64,000 bases of DNA from Candidatus Minusculum obligatum (GTDB taxonomy: Bacteria > Patescibacteriota > Minisyncoccia > Phycocordibacterales > Phycocordibacteraceae). The position numbers and the translations under genes are program-made. The notes beneath the pieces were generated by a model. It did not search any database. It was not told the origin of the DNA and worked only from the letters and a program-made list of their open reading frames with translations. Positions 9,720 to 19,396 of this stretch are shown one piece after another; the stretch's first letter is position 1; every line of letters begins with the position of its first letter. The stretch lies in contig CP174360.1 of assembly GCA_045401155.1 (NCBI GenBank), positions 159,035 to 223,034 on the forward strand, given 5' to 3'.

Positions 9720-10760
9720 CTACTGTTTCTCTAACTCTGCTCGGATTTTCTTAAGAATCTCATTGGTCACCGGCTTATTTTCCTTTAGGAATGTGCGTGC
9801 TGCATCGTACCCACGTCCAAGAGAATCTTCGCCATACTTATAAAATGCACCATTTTTCTGAAGTACGTCGTACTTCTCTCCAAGGGCAAGGATCTCTCCC
9901 TCTCTTGAGATACCTTCGTTATATAGGAGATCAAACTCCGTATTTTTAAATGGAGCTGCCACTTTATTTTTCACCACCTTTACGCGTACACGCCCTCCAA
10001 CCACTTCTTCTCCTTTCTTGATCTGCGCAATACGACGAATATCTAGACGCACTGAGGTATAGAACTTAAGCGCACGCCCTCCAGGAGTTGTCTCTGGATT
10101 ACCAAACATAACCCCAATTTGCATACGAATCTGGTTAATAAAGATAACCGTTGTTTTACTGCGAGAAACCGCAGCCGTAAGCTTACGAAGCGCCTGGCTC
10201 ATAAGACGAGCCTGCTTTCCAACATGGGTCTGTCCCATATCTCCCTCAATCTCATCCTTTGGCGTAAGGGCTGCCACTGAGTCAACAACGATAATATCTA
10301 CGCTATTACTTCTAACCAAGCTCTCTACAATCTCAAGAGCTTGTTCTCCTGTATCTGGCTGGGAAATAATAAGATCGTCGAGCTTAACCCCAATACGCTT
10401 TGCGTACTCTGGATCCAGCGCGTGCTCTGCATCAATAAAAGCGGCAACACCTCCAGCTTTTTGTGCTTCTGCAATAGCGTGCAGGGTAAGGGTTGTCTTA
10501 CCTGAACTCTCAGGTCCATAAATCTCTACGATACGTCCACGAGGAAGTCCGCCGATGCCGAGTGCGGCATCTAGTCCAATGGATCCGGTAGGGATAGAAT
10601 CAATCTTCTTTGGCTTTACACTTCCAAAGGTCATCACTGATTCCTCCCCAAACTTTGCTTGGATTTCCTTTAGAGCTGCATCAACCTTGGAATTCTTCTC
10701 CTCCTTCGCTTCCGCCTTGGTTGGTTTCTTCTCTGCTGCTGGTTTCTTCTTCGCTGGCAT
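9720..10760 (-). CDS. recA: Recombinase RecA with Lys/Ala/Glu-rich N-terminal extension
   Basis: [25 protein letters not shown] and GNPETTPGG motifs; ATG at 10760. Confidence 0.98.
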   Translation of the reverse strand: MPAKKKPAAEKKPTKAEAKEEKNSKVDAALKEIQAKFGEESVMTFGSVKPKKIDSIPTGSIGLDAALGIGGLPRGRIVEIYGPESSGKTTLTLHAIAEAQKAGGVAAFIDAEHALDPEYAKRIGVKLDDLIISQPDTGEQALEIVESLVRSNSVDIIVVDSVAALTPKDEIEGDMGQTHVGKQARLMSQALRKLTAAVSRSKTTVIFINQIRMQIGVMFGNPETTPGGRALKFYTSVRLDIRRIAQIKKGEEVVGGRVRVKVVKNKVAAPFKNTEFDLLYNEGISREGEILALGEKYDVLQKNGAFYKYGEDSLGRGYDAARTFLKENKPVTNEILKKIRAELEKQ

Positions 10761-11112
10761 ACTCTGGTACGTAAATAGAAATAATTTCTTCTGTAGAACG
10801 CTCAAATCGATCGCGTGCTTGTATAGTCATTATAGTATGGCCAGGAGTCACGTACAAACGCTCAGAAAAGTTCCCATTTTGCTCTGGAGCAACCACCATG
10901 CCATTGATTGAGAAGTACGCATTTCGCTCCACAGTGCCCTCAAGGGTAATAAATCCCTCATCTATAGAGCTATATATCCTATCCTCATAGAGCGTAATTT
11001 GGGGGCCATAGAGGATACCTTTTGCTCGGGTGAAGCCAAATATAAGGACAAAGACAATAAATATAGAAAACAGTCCAAAAAGCACCCGTGTATCTAGGAA
11101 TCCGCGCTGCAT
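10681..11112 (-). CDS. Membrane-anchored protein with small Ig-like domain; 3' end overlaps recA by 80 nt
   Basis: N-terminal TM, GPQITL, SING..V and GNFSERL pattern; TGCTATACT directly upstream of the start. Confidence 0.7.
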   Translation of the reverse strand: MQRGFLDTRVLFGLFSIFIVFVLIFGFTRAKGILYGPQITLYEDRIYSSIDEGFITLEGTVERNAYFSINGMVVAPEQNGNFSERLYVTPGHTIMTIQARDRFERSTEEIISIYVPEYASEEETSSREETNQGGSEGGEEFQG

Positions 11113-11147
11113 AGGGGACAGTATAGCAAAATGCTACTATGTCCCTA

Positions 11148-11777
11148 ATGCAAAAGACGCTTCTACTTATAGGACCCGGAGAATACTTTGGCGCAGCGCT
11201 CATAAAAGCTTTTAATAATGCTAACTACCAAATAGCTGTTATCACAGGAAGGGAAGAAACGATACAAAAGCTACAACAAGCAACAGGCATAGAGATGCGC
11301 CATAAGATAGCTGACATCACAAATGCAGAAGATCTCAGGGCACAAACAAAAGAACTCTGTGAAGAAGTGAAGAATATCACCTGTCTCATCTACAATCCTA
11401 AGATGAGCCCAAAGGGAACAGGACTTGAGATCTCTCAAGAAGTATTTGAAAAAACACTCTCTGTAAATGTGGGAGGACTACTTACAATCGTACAAGAAGC
11501 ACTCCCGTACCTAGAAGGAGGGAGCGTGCTGGTAACTGGTGGCGGGTACAAAGACACACCTGATCCTGATAAATTTGCGCTCTCAGTAGGGAAAATGGCC
11601 CTCCACGGAGCATATACAACACTCGCACCAGTACTAAAAGAAAAGAATGTAGTAATGGGAACGGTGATTATAGATGGTGCTGTACGAGAAGACTCATCTA
11701 TTACGCCAGATATGGTTGCAAAGGCATTTCTAACAATGGCAGAAGAAAATAAAGGAGGGGAAGTATATATACGATAA
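11148..11777 (+). CDS. Short-chain dehydrogenase/reductase family protein (atypical)
   Basis: LLIGPGEYFG Rossmann loop, LIYNP, VNVGG, VLVTGGG and LSVGK motifs. Confidence 0.85.
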   Translation: MQKTLLLIGPGEYFGAALIKAFNNANYQIAVITGREETIQKLQQATGIEMRHKIADITNAEDLRAQTKELCEEVKNITCLIYNPKMSPKGTGLEISQEVFEKTLSVNVGGLLTIVQEALPYLEGGSVLVTGGGYKDTPDPDKFALSVGKMALHGAYTTLAPVLKEKNVVMGTVIIDGAVREDSSITPDMVAKAFLTMAEENKGGEVYIR

Positions 11778-11834
11778 AACAAAAACCGCCCAACAGGAGC
11801 CGGGCGGCTTCTGTTGGGCGGCGAAATGAAATGA

Positions 11835-12248
11835 TCAGGGCGCTTCGTCTTCAGTAAGATCGATTTTCAGACGTTGGAACGTACGTGCCTTCGTCTTGTT
11901 GTCGAACTTGTTGATACCGTAGAACGACATGTCATCGTTGTAGTAGAAGGTGACGTGCCATTCATGGAAGTCGATGCTGCTCTTGGACTCAAGTGGCAGC
12001 CAGCCGTTCTCGTCAGTGTGCTTGAGCACAATGACGCCACAGATGGCATCCTCGTCGCTGCCGATCTGGACCCCAATATTCATCGTATCGTTGCTGTCCA
12101 CGAAGGACCTTTGCAGCTTCAGATGTCCGTGTCCCAAGTCTTGGAGCTCGCCAACGCTATGCTTCAGGGCGCGGGCTACCTGCCAGAAATGGTAGATACC
12201 GACGGCAGTGCCGAGTCCGATCGTATTTTCATTCAAGGTGCTTTTCAT
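11835..12248 (-). CDS. ORFan hypothetical protein (GC-richer than flanks)
   Basis: 137-aa ORF with own TTGACA-17-TACTAT promoter, AAAAGGGG SD-like motif and long GC hairpin 11786-11822. Confidence 0.65.
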   Translation of the reverse strand: MKSTLNENTIGLGTAVGIYHFWQVARALKHSVGELQDLGHGHLKLQRSFVDSNDTMNIGVQIGSDEDAICGVIVLKHTDENGWLPLESKSSIDFHEWHVTFYYNDDMSFYGINKFDNKTKARTFQRLKIDLTEDEAP

Positions 12249-12363
12249 TTTTCTTTCCCCTTTTGGAAACGGAACCGCTTGATTGCGACACCGACCACAC
12301 CATTAGTGGATTTACTAACAAAAATAGTACATAAAATGTACTATTTTGTCAAGTATCTATTAC

Positions 12364-14511
12364 TTACCGTTCTTCCTCGTATTCCTCATCCTCATACCCG
12401 TCATCCGCGCCGCGGGTTAAGACTTCTCTAGGTTTTGAGCCATCTGCAGGGCCAATAACACCCTTATCTTCTAAGATATCCATAAGGCGAGCAGCACGAG
12501 CATATCCAACACGTAGCTTGCGCTGTAGATATGATGTAGAGGCTTTTCCAGCTGCTTCTACGCAGGCTTTTGCCTCTCCGTATAGTTCATCCTCATCTTC
12601 ATCATCATCGATGCTCATCATAGCGTCATTTCCTTCATGAGAGCCATTTCCAGATGGTGCTGCAAAATCAATATTTGAAGTATCACCTGCATTGTGTTTC
12701 TTGATGTAAGCCACAACCTTCTTCACCTCAGACTCTGAGATAAACGCAGTCTGTAGACGAATCGGCTTACTCATATCTCCTGATAGGAAGAGCATGTCTC
12801 CAGCTCCAAGAAGCTTTTCAGCTCCTCCCATATCAAGAATCGTCTTAGAGTCGATCTGACTTGCCACCTGCAGTGCCATTCGAGAGGGAACATTGGCCTT
12901 AATAAGTCCGGTCACCACATTTACCGATGGGCGCTGCGTTGAAAGTACCAAGTGGATACCAACGGCACGACTCATCTGTGCAAGACGCACAATGCCTGCC
13001 TCAAGCTCTCGAGGATATGCTTGCATGATGTCGGCAAGCTCATCTACCACCACTACAATGTATGGCATGGTCTCTGCATCCTCCTTCTCCTTAGCAACCT
13101 CATGGTATGAGTTGATATCGCGACATCCAACCTGCTCAAGTACGTTGTACCGTCGATCCATCTCCTTAGCGGCCCACTTAAGGGCAAGAATAGCTTTCTT
13201 AGGATCGGTGATCACTGGTGTAAGAAGGTGAGGGATACCGTTATATAGCGTCAGCTCCACACGCTTCGGGTCAACCATAATAAAGCGCATCTCATCTGGA
13301 CCATTTCGATATAGAAGGGAAGCGATCAAAGTATGAATCGCTACAGACTTTCCTGAGCCAGTTGCTCCGGCAATAAGGCCGTGTGGCATCTTGGCAACGT
13401 TTACGTAGTGCGGCTCTCCGGTAATATCCCGTCCCACAGCAGAGAGTAGGGGCTTGTCACTGCTCTTCCACTGAGAAGAAGTAAGAAGTCCTGCAAGACC
13501 AACCATGGCCTTAGAGGTATTTGGCACCTCAATACCAACCAAGCTCTTTCCAGGAATTGGAGCTTCAATACGTACAGGGTGTGCTGCAAGGGCAAGCTCA
13601 AGGTTATTTTGAAGTGAAAGAATCTTAGATAGACGAACACCCTCAGCAGGCTTAATCGCGTAGCGCGTCACGGTAGGGCCGATGGATACCTCATCCATCT
13701 CTACATCAATACCAAAGTTTGAGAAGGTGCGCTTGATCAAATTAGCGTTGGCTTTGATATCTCCCACACCTGGCTTTCCTTTATCCTTTCCAAGTAGATC
13801 TACAGGAGGTGCGTTATACGCTCCGAAGGTCTTGATGGTTGGATCTTCATCACTCTCTCCATCGCCATCATTATCGGTAAACACATTTACCGATGGTTCC
13901 TTCTCTTCTTCCTCATCTTCTTCTACCTCTTCCTCTTCTTCCTCAAATTCATCTTCCTCCTCCTCATCATCCCCATACGCTTCTACGTGCACATCTTTTT
14001 CTTTCTTTCCAAAGAAAGATGACATCTTGAAAGAGGGAAGTGAGTTATCAAAACTAAACTCAAACCGAAATAGGAGAATGGCACCAATAAGAGAAAAGGC
14101 GATCAAAAATAGCGTTGCTCCTGCAACTCCAAAAAGAGATGCCAAACCTCCTGAGATAAGAGACCCAACCAATCCACTATCTAGTGGCGTAAGTGCAATA
14201 AGAGATAACAGCGATGCAATTAAGAGCACGCCTCCTACAGAACTTCCAATAGGAATCTCTTCCTTCCATGAAGTGAAGAGTAATGCTCCTAAAGATAGAA
14301 ATGCCAGGGGAATGAGAATGTACCCATGTCCCAACAGTGTTGTTCCTAATCCATATACTGCCTCTCCTGCAGGTCCTGCGGCCCCTATCGCTGCAATTGC
14401 GAAAAACCCTCCTACTGCTAATGAAGCAATTGCAAATACAATGGGTGGAATTACTGATCCAAACTCACGCTCATCTTTGCGTGGTCGTCCTCTCTTACGT
14501 TTACGCGCCAT
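12364..14511 (-). CDS. ftsK: DNA translocase FtsK
   Basis: 4TM N-terminus, acidic linker, AGATGSGKS, VDPKRVEL, STQRPSV motifs and gamma domain LQRKLRVGYARAARL. Confidence 0.97.
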   Translation of the reverse strand: MARKRKRGRPRKDEREFGSVIPPIVFAIASLAVGGFFAIAAIGAAGPAGEAVYGLGTTLLGHGYILIPLAFLSLGALLFTSWKEEIPIGSSVGGVLLIASLLSLIALTPLDSGLVGSLISGGLASLFGVAGATLFLIAFSLIGAILLFRFEFSFDNSLPSFKMSSFFGKKEKDVHVEAYGDDEEEEDEFEEEEEEVEEDEEEEKEPSVNVFTDNDGDGESDEDPTIKTFGAYNAPPVDLLGKDKGKPGVGDIKANANLIKRTFSNFGIDVEMDEVSIGPTVTRYAIKPAEGVRLSKILSLQNNLELALAAHPVRIEAPIPGKSLVGIEVPNTSKAMVGLAGLLTSSQWKSSDKPLLSAVGRDITGEPHYVNVAKMPHGLIAGATGSGKSVAIHTLIASLLYRNGPDEMRFIMVDPKRVELTLYNGIPHLLTPVITDPKKAILALKWAAKEMDRRYNVLEQVGCRDINSYHEVAKEKEDAETMPYIVVVVDELADIMQAYPRELEAGIVRLAQMSRAVGIHLVLSTQRPSVNVVTGLIKANVPSRMALQVASQIDSKTILDMGGAEKLLGAGDMLFLSGDMSKPIRLQTAFISESEVKKVVAYIKKHNAGDTSNIDFAAPSGNGSHEGNDAMMSIDDDEDEDELYGEAKACVEAAGKASTSYLQRKLRVGYARAARLMDILEDKGVIGPADGSKPREVLTRGADDGYEDEEYEEER

Positions 14512-14617
14512 ATACAAAAACCATTGTAGCACGGGGATTTTTAGGGCATAGCAACTAAAGATGCGCAAGTTGCATACGACATGTAGGACACGTATACTAC
14601 GCTATAAGACAGTCTAA

Positions 14618-15331
14618 ATGACTGATACAATCATGTCTTATAGTAACGAAATATCAGTAAAAGACATTCAAAAGAAAGGCATTAATGTCCTTGATAACTC
14701 CATTGTTACTAACGTTTTCCTAAAAGACTACAAAAAGGCATACAACTATAAAAAAGCAGAAAAACTTTCTCTTGCCGTGCACGTCGTGCTCGCACATGTA
14801 GAAGATAAAAAGGGAGTGACCGATATCCTAAGCGAGCGATCTCTCACGCTCGTACGAGAGATACTCCACAGCCAAACAATCCAAACTCCAAGTAAAACTA
14901 TTTTGGAAATTATTTCTCTCATTCAGGTAGGGGAGACAACTGGAGTTTTGGCAACTAAAAATGCAGAACTTTTGGCACGTGAGTATCACTTTTTGCTAAG
15001 TAATATCTGTGAGCAAAAACCACAGAGCATTGATTTAGATACTGAGGTGGAAGTAGAGGAAACACCTGCTCCTAAGAAGGTATTCATTCGAACAGCGCCA
15101 TCTACTACACAATCTCAAGATAAAGGACATAAAGGACATCCTGCAGATCGTAAAGGACATGTGCTTGAAATAATTAAAAATAATGGAAATGTGGGCATCA
15201 AAGACATTGCAAAAGAGGTAACTGATTGCAGTGAGAAAACAATCCAACGAATCCTAAATACATTGATTGAAGAAGGGCGTGTAAAGAAGGAGGGGGAGCG
15301 TCGCTGGAGCACGTATCACTACGTTTCGTAG
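14618..15331 (+). CDS. Protein with helical N-terminal domain and C-terminal DeoR-type winged HTH
   Basis: RKGHVLEII...GIKDIA...CSEKTIQRIL..L..EG.V.KEGERRWSTY. Confidence 0.75.
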   Translation: MTDTIMSYSNEISVKDIQKKGINVLDNSIVTNVFLKDYKKAYNYKKAEKLSLAVHVVLAHVEDKKGVTDILSERSLTLVREILHSQTIQTPSKTILEIISLIQVGETTGVLATKNAELLAREYHFLLSNICEQKPQSIDLDTEVEVEETPAPKKVFIRTAPSTTQSQDKGHKGHPADRKGHVLEIIKNNGNVGIKDIAKEVTDCSEKTIQRILNTLIEEGRVKKEGERRWSTYHYVS

Positions 15332-15345
15332 AGACTCAAAATCTA

Positions 15346-15373
15346 TTGACTTTCTACCTAATTCCCGTAGTAT
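15346..15373 (+). promoter_or_regulatory. Sigma70-type promoter of the long leader and S-layer-like gene
   Basis: TTGACT (15346-15351), 16-bp spacer, TAGTAT (15368-15373). Confidence 0.65.
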
Positions 15374-15379
15374 TTGATC

Positions 15380-15899
15380 CGTGGAAAGGAGCGCATACTA
15401 TTGCAACTAAAAGGCCAGAAATGGCCTCTTTGTGCAATGACCGGTGCACTCATTTTATCCACATTGATTTTTGCTTGTTTTTTGTTCTGAACCGGTATAC
15501 TTGCCCTTAGGACTGCGTGAGTAGTATCTGAGCGAATAAGTAAACGGAACAACGGCAAGCAGGACCGTACGTTGACAACTTCATATTCTGAAAATGCTTA
15601 TCGTGTGTGAACACGACGGGTTTTATCCCTACGTAAACTACGTAGGGAGTTGTTAACGTTACTAACAAACGGCAGTCAATGTGAGATACGGATTCCATGG
15701 AAGACAAGACAGCATGTCAGATTAAATCTTGCCAGCTGTTCTATGTAGTGCGCGGTCGACGTGTACTACCTAGAATAGTGTTGAAACTATTTTTAGGTTC
15801 ACCCTAAAAATATCGACATTGATTAAAAAACCGAAAGCGCCGATGGCTCGGCACTTTCAAAAACTATAAGCTTATAAATTTTAAGGACGCAATCGATAT
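15380..15899 (+). ncRNA. ~520-nt multi-hairpin 5' leader or ncRNA upstream of the S-layer-like gene
   Basis: Many inverted repeats (GGCCA-GAAA-TGGCC; CCCTACGTA-AAC-TACGTAGGG; ACGTTGACAACT/AGTTGTTAACGT; TATTTTTAGG/CCTAAAAATA); no plus-strand ORF in the track. Confidence 0.6.
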
Positions 15900-18800
15900 A
15901 TGAGTCGTATGACAAATAAAATCGCTGCAGGTGTTCTTTCAGTAGGAATGCTTTTTGCGCTTGTTGCACCTATGAGTGCGCACGCAGCTCTTACTGAAGC
16001 CCAGATCCAGTCAATTCTTTCACTCCTAAATTCATTTGGAGCGGACGCTGCGACTATCTCAAACGTTGACGCATCTCTTCGCGGAAATGCACCAACAGGA
16101 GGGAACACAGGATCAGGTTCATCTGCATCAGTATGTCCGTATACTTGGACTCGATCACTTACAGTGGGAGATTCAGGAGCGGATGTTATGGCACTACAAA
16201 AATTCCTAAACTCAGATTCAGCAACTATGATTGCTGCTTCAGGAGTTGGGTCAGCCGGAAGTGAGTCAGATTACTTTGGTTCACTTACTGCGGCTGCAGT
16301 AGCAAAATTCCAGAACAAGTATGCTTCAGAGGTACTTGCACCAGTTGGACTTTCAGCTGGAACAGGATTCTTTGGATCATCAACACGTGCAAAGGCTAAC
16401 GCTCTTTGTGTGTCTGGAAACAACAATGGAGGAAATAACGGAGGAGGAACTGCACCAGTTACTGGAGCAGGGCTTTCAGTAGCACTTGCTGCTGACTCAC
16501 CAAATAACGTGGCCCTAGTACAGGGACAGGGAATTGGAGAGCTTGCGAAGTTCACCTTCACAAACAACAACTCAGCTTCAATGAATGTAAATAGCCTTAC
16601 ATTCAACCGAATCGGAGTTTCAACAGACTCTACTCTTGGGGACGTATTCCTATTTATGGGAGGAGAGCGACTAACGGATGCAGCAGCTGTGTCAAACTCA
16701 CAGTTCTCATTCCAGAACTCAGCAGGAATCTTCACAGTTCCAGCTGGTTCATCAGTAACTATCTCTGTTCGAGCAAACATCGCAGCTTCAACTGCGGGAC
16801 AGCAGGTAGGAACTTCACTTGTTTCAGTAGGAGCAAGCGGAGCACTTAATTCAGGAGTTTCATTCCCAATCGTTGGAGGAGTGCATGGAATTGCTGCAGG
16901 AACACTTGCAACAATGACATTCCAGACTTACAACGGACCAGACGGGGATGCTAACTTCACACCAGCTGATAATACAGAGGTGTGGGAGAACTCAGTTGTT
17001 ATTGGAACACGAGACGTATACCTACACTCTCTAACTATCAAGAATGAGGGAAGCGCAGATCCTAGCGACTTCGCTAACCTTATGCTTTACGTTGATGGAG
17101 TACAGTACGGAAGTACACTTGCTTCACTAAACGCAAGCGACAAGGCAGTATTCGACCTATCTTCAAGCCCACTAAAGCTTAAGACAGGAACACGAACATT
17201 CCGTGTACTTGCAGACGTAATTGGTGGATCAGGAGAGACATTTGACTTTGAGGTTGATAAGACAGCTGACGTTCTAGCTATTGACTCAGAACTTACTCAG
17301 GCTGTTACACCAACTCTTACAGCTACAAGTGGATCAGCAAACACTATTGACTCAGCTGCACTTTCAATTGCAAAGGCAGCTACATCACGAACTGACAACG
17401 TTGCAGTTGATGCAACAAACGTGAAGTGGGCAACCTTCGAGTTCCGCGCTTCAGGTGAGAACGTGAAGATTGAGGCAATTACAGTTGATGCTGATACATC
17501 AGTTGCAGGAGGACTTGATAACGGTAAGGTATTCCTTAACGGAGCTCAGGTTGGATCAACACGAGACATTGCAGAGGCTGGAACTGAGTTCACATTTGGT
17601 TCAAGCATGATCCTTTCAAAGGGAGAGACTGCAATCGTTGAGATCTACGCAGACGCAAAGACAACAACAGCTGCAACTATTGCTGCAGCAGAAACTGTTG
17701 ATGTTGGAGTATCTGTAACTGCATCAGACACAGAGGGAATGAACTCAGGAAATGCTATTGCAGCTTCAATCTCAGAGGTTGAAGGAAATAGCATCACAAT
17801 CGCAAGTTCATCAGTTTCAGCAAGTAAGTTCTCTGGTTATTCAGACCAGACAATGATCGCTGGAACAAACAACGCGCGACTTGGATCATTCACACTTTCA
17901 GGTGCCTCAACAGAGGACACAAACATCAGTCAGATTACTGTTACGCTTTCATCAGCGGAGGCAGCAACAATCACTAACCTGATGTTGAAAGACCGATCAA
18001 CAGGAGCACAGCTTGGTGTAACTAAGACAACTCCTGGAACAAGTAACAGCTACAGTGTGAACTTCACACTTCCAGAGTCAGGAACAAAGACTATCGATCT
18101 TATTGGAAACATTAAGACAGGGTCAAACGCTGGATCATGGAATGCTGTTGTTAGCGGAACAGGGTCAGGAGTAGAGACTGGATCAACAGTAACTATTTCT
18201 TCAACAACCCTACAGACAATTACTATCGGTTCAGGTTCTCTATCAGCTTCAGTAGGAGCAGGAGATCCTAACGCAGATAACGTTGTAGCAGGACAAAGTG
18301 CCGTACACGTTGGTCAGTTCAACTTTGCAGCTGCAAACAGTCCATATACTGTTCGTGAGCTTCAGGTGAAGATTCCTAACGGAGCTTCAACTTCAATCTC
18401 AAACGTGACATTGAAGTACACCAACTCAAACGGTGCTGTAGAGGAGAAGAGCCAAGCTCTTGTAACAGGAGCTGGAGCAGGAACTGCTTCATTTACTGGA
18501 CTTGACTTCTACATCCCAGCTGATGATGACCGAAATGTTGACGTATACGTAAGCATTCCAACAATCGCATCTGGAGCTGTAGCTGGAGCTGCTATCTCAG
18601 CTGACCTTGCATACAATGCAGGATTCAAGGCAACAGATGCAGCCGGAACAACTTCAACTTCAATTGGCTCAGCAGATATTTCTGCAAACGGAACATTCTA
18701 CGTTCGAAAGTCAGTTCCTACATTTGGAGCTGCAAGCAAGCCAACATCAGTACCTGCAGCGGGACAGGCTCTATACGAGTTCACTATCTCAGCTGATTCA

Positions 18801-19247
18801 GCAGGAGCTGTTGAGTGGAAGCAGCTTACATTCACTGTGGCAACACAGAGCACAACATTGACAGGATTCTACCTACGTCAGAAGGGACAATCTACAAACA
18901 TCAATGATGCGAATGTAGACGCTAACGGAAGCGGAAACGTAGTAATCTACGCAGGAACATCAACAAACAGTGACGTTGAGCAGATTGCTGCTGGAGCATC
19001 AAAGACTTACCAGTTGTATGCAACAACTCTAAGTGGATGGGCATCAGGAGACTCAATCAACATCAACATTACTGAGGACACATTTGTAGCTGCAGTAGCA
19101 GGTGCAAATGGTCTTCTGTCTGAAAACAACTTCGTATGGAGTGATCGCTCAGCAACGAGCCACACTACTGCGACAGCAGACTGGACAAACAGTTACCTAC
19201 TTGACGACCTAACAGGAGGAGACGCTGTATCATACAGCCAGTCATAA
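15900..19247 (+). CDS. Large secreted S-layer-like surface protein with peptidoglycan-binding domain and Ser/Thr/Ala/Gly-rich beta repeats
   Basis: Signal peptide (AHA cleavage), RSLTVGDSGADVMALQKFLN..YFGSLT.AAV.KFQ PG-binding motif, strongly biased codon usage, strong terminator. Confidence 0.75.
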   Translation: MSRMTNKIAAGVLSVGMLFALVAPMSAHAALTEAQIQSILSLLNSFGADAATISNVDASLRGNAPTGGNTGSGSSASVCPYTWTRSLTVGDSGADVMALQKFLNSDSATMIAASGVGSAGSESDYFGSLTAAAVAKFQNKYASEVLAPVGLSAGTGFFGSSTRAKANALCVSGNNNGGNNGGGTAPVTGAGLSVALAADSPNNVALVQGQGIGELAKFTFTNNNSASMNVNSLTFNRIGVSTDSTLGDVFLFMGGERLTDAAAVSNSQFSFQNSAGIFTVPAGSSVTISVRANIAASTAGQQVGTSLVSVGASGALNSGVSFPIVGGVHGIAAGTLATMTFQTYNGPDGDANFTPADNTEVWENSVVIGTRDVYLHSLTIKNEGSADPSDFANLMLYVDGVQYGSTLASLNASDKAVFDLSSSPLKLKTGTRTFRVLADVIGGSGETFDFEVDKTADVLAIDSELTQAVTPTLTATSGSANTIDSAALSIAKAATSRTDNVAVDATNVKWATFEFRASGENVKIEAITVDADTSVAGGLDNGKVFLNGAQVGSTRDIAEAGTEFTFGSSMILSKGETAIVEIYADAKTTTAATIAAAETVDVGVSVTASDTEGMNSGNAIAASISEVEGNSITIASSSVSASKFSGYSDQTMIAGTNNARLGSFTLSGASTEDTNISQITVTLSSAEAATITNLMLKDRSTGAQLGVTKTTPGTSNSYSVNFTLPESGTKTIDLIGNIKTGSNAGSWNAVVSGTGSGVETGSTVTISSTTLQTITIGSGSLSASVGAGDPNADNVVAGQSAVHVGQFNFAAANSPYTVRELQVKIPNGASTSISNVTLKYTNSNGAVEEKSQALVTGAGAGTASFTGLDFYIPADDDRNVDVYVSIPTIASGAVAGAAISADLAYNAGFKATDAAGTTSTSIGSADISANGTFYVRKSVPTFGAASKPTSVPAAGQALYEFTISADSAGAVEWKQLTFTVATQSTTLTGFYLRQKGQSTNINDANVDANGSGNVVIYAGTSTNSDVEQIAAGASKTYQLYATTLSGWASGDSININITEDTFVAAVAGANGLLSENNFVWSDRSATSHTTATADWTNSYLLDDLTGGDAVSYSQS

Positions 19248-19280
19248 TCCACGTTAGTAACTCTGTAAGTTAACTAAAAC

Positions 19281-19306
19281 AAAAAACCGCCCTCGGGCGG
19301 TTTTTT
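19281..19306 (+). terminator. Intrinsic (bidirectional) terminator
   Basis: AAAAAACCGCC-CTCG-GGCGGTTTTTT. Confidence 0.9.
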
Positions 19307-19307
19307 G

Positions 19308-19350
19308 TTATGCATACGTTATACATATGTTGTACACATAGTTATGCACA
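19308..19350 (+). repeat. Four tandem DnaA-box-like 9-mers
   Basis: TTATGCATA (19308), TTATACATA (19319), TTGTACACA (19330), TTATGCACA (19342); 0-1 mismatch to TTWTNCACA; 11-12 bp period. Confidence 0.6.
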
Positions 19351-19396
19351 ATAGAATGCTATAACTATAGTAATTACAACGATTAGATAACGAATT

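Noticed and set aside
11867-12431. Alternative overlapping ORFs (185 aa and 81 aa plus strand, 69 aa minus strand)
   Set aside because: Only the 11835-12248 minus ORF has a promoter, SD-like motif and terminator in the right orientation.
13682-14551. 289-aa plus-strand ORF with a poly-Ser tract
   Set aside because: It is the antisense shadow of the ftsK acidic linker and TM region.
15455-15463. Single perfect DnaA box TTATCCACA in the long leader
   Set aside because: One isolated 9-mer in 64 kb is expected by chance, and it overlaps a predicted RNA stem.
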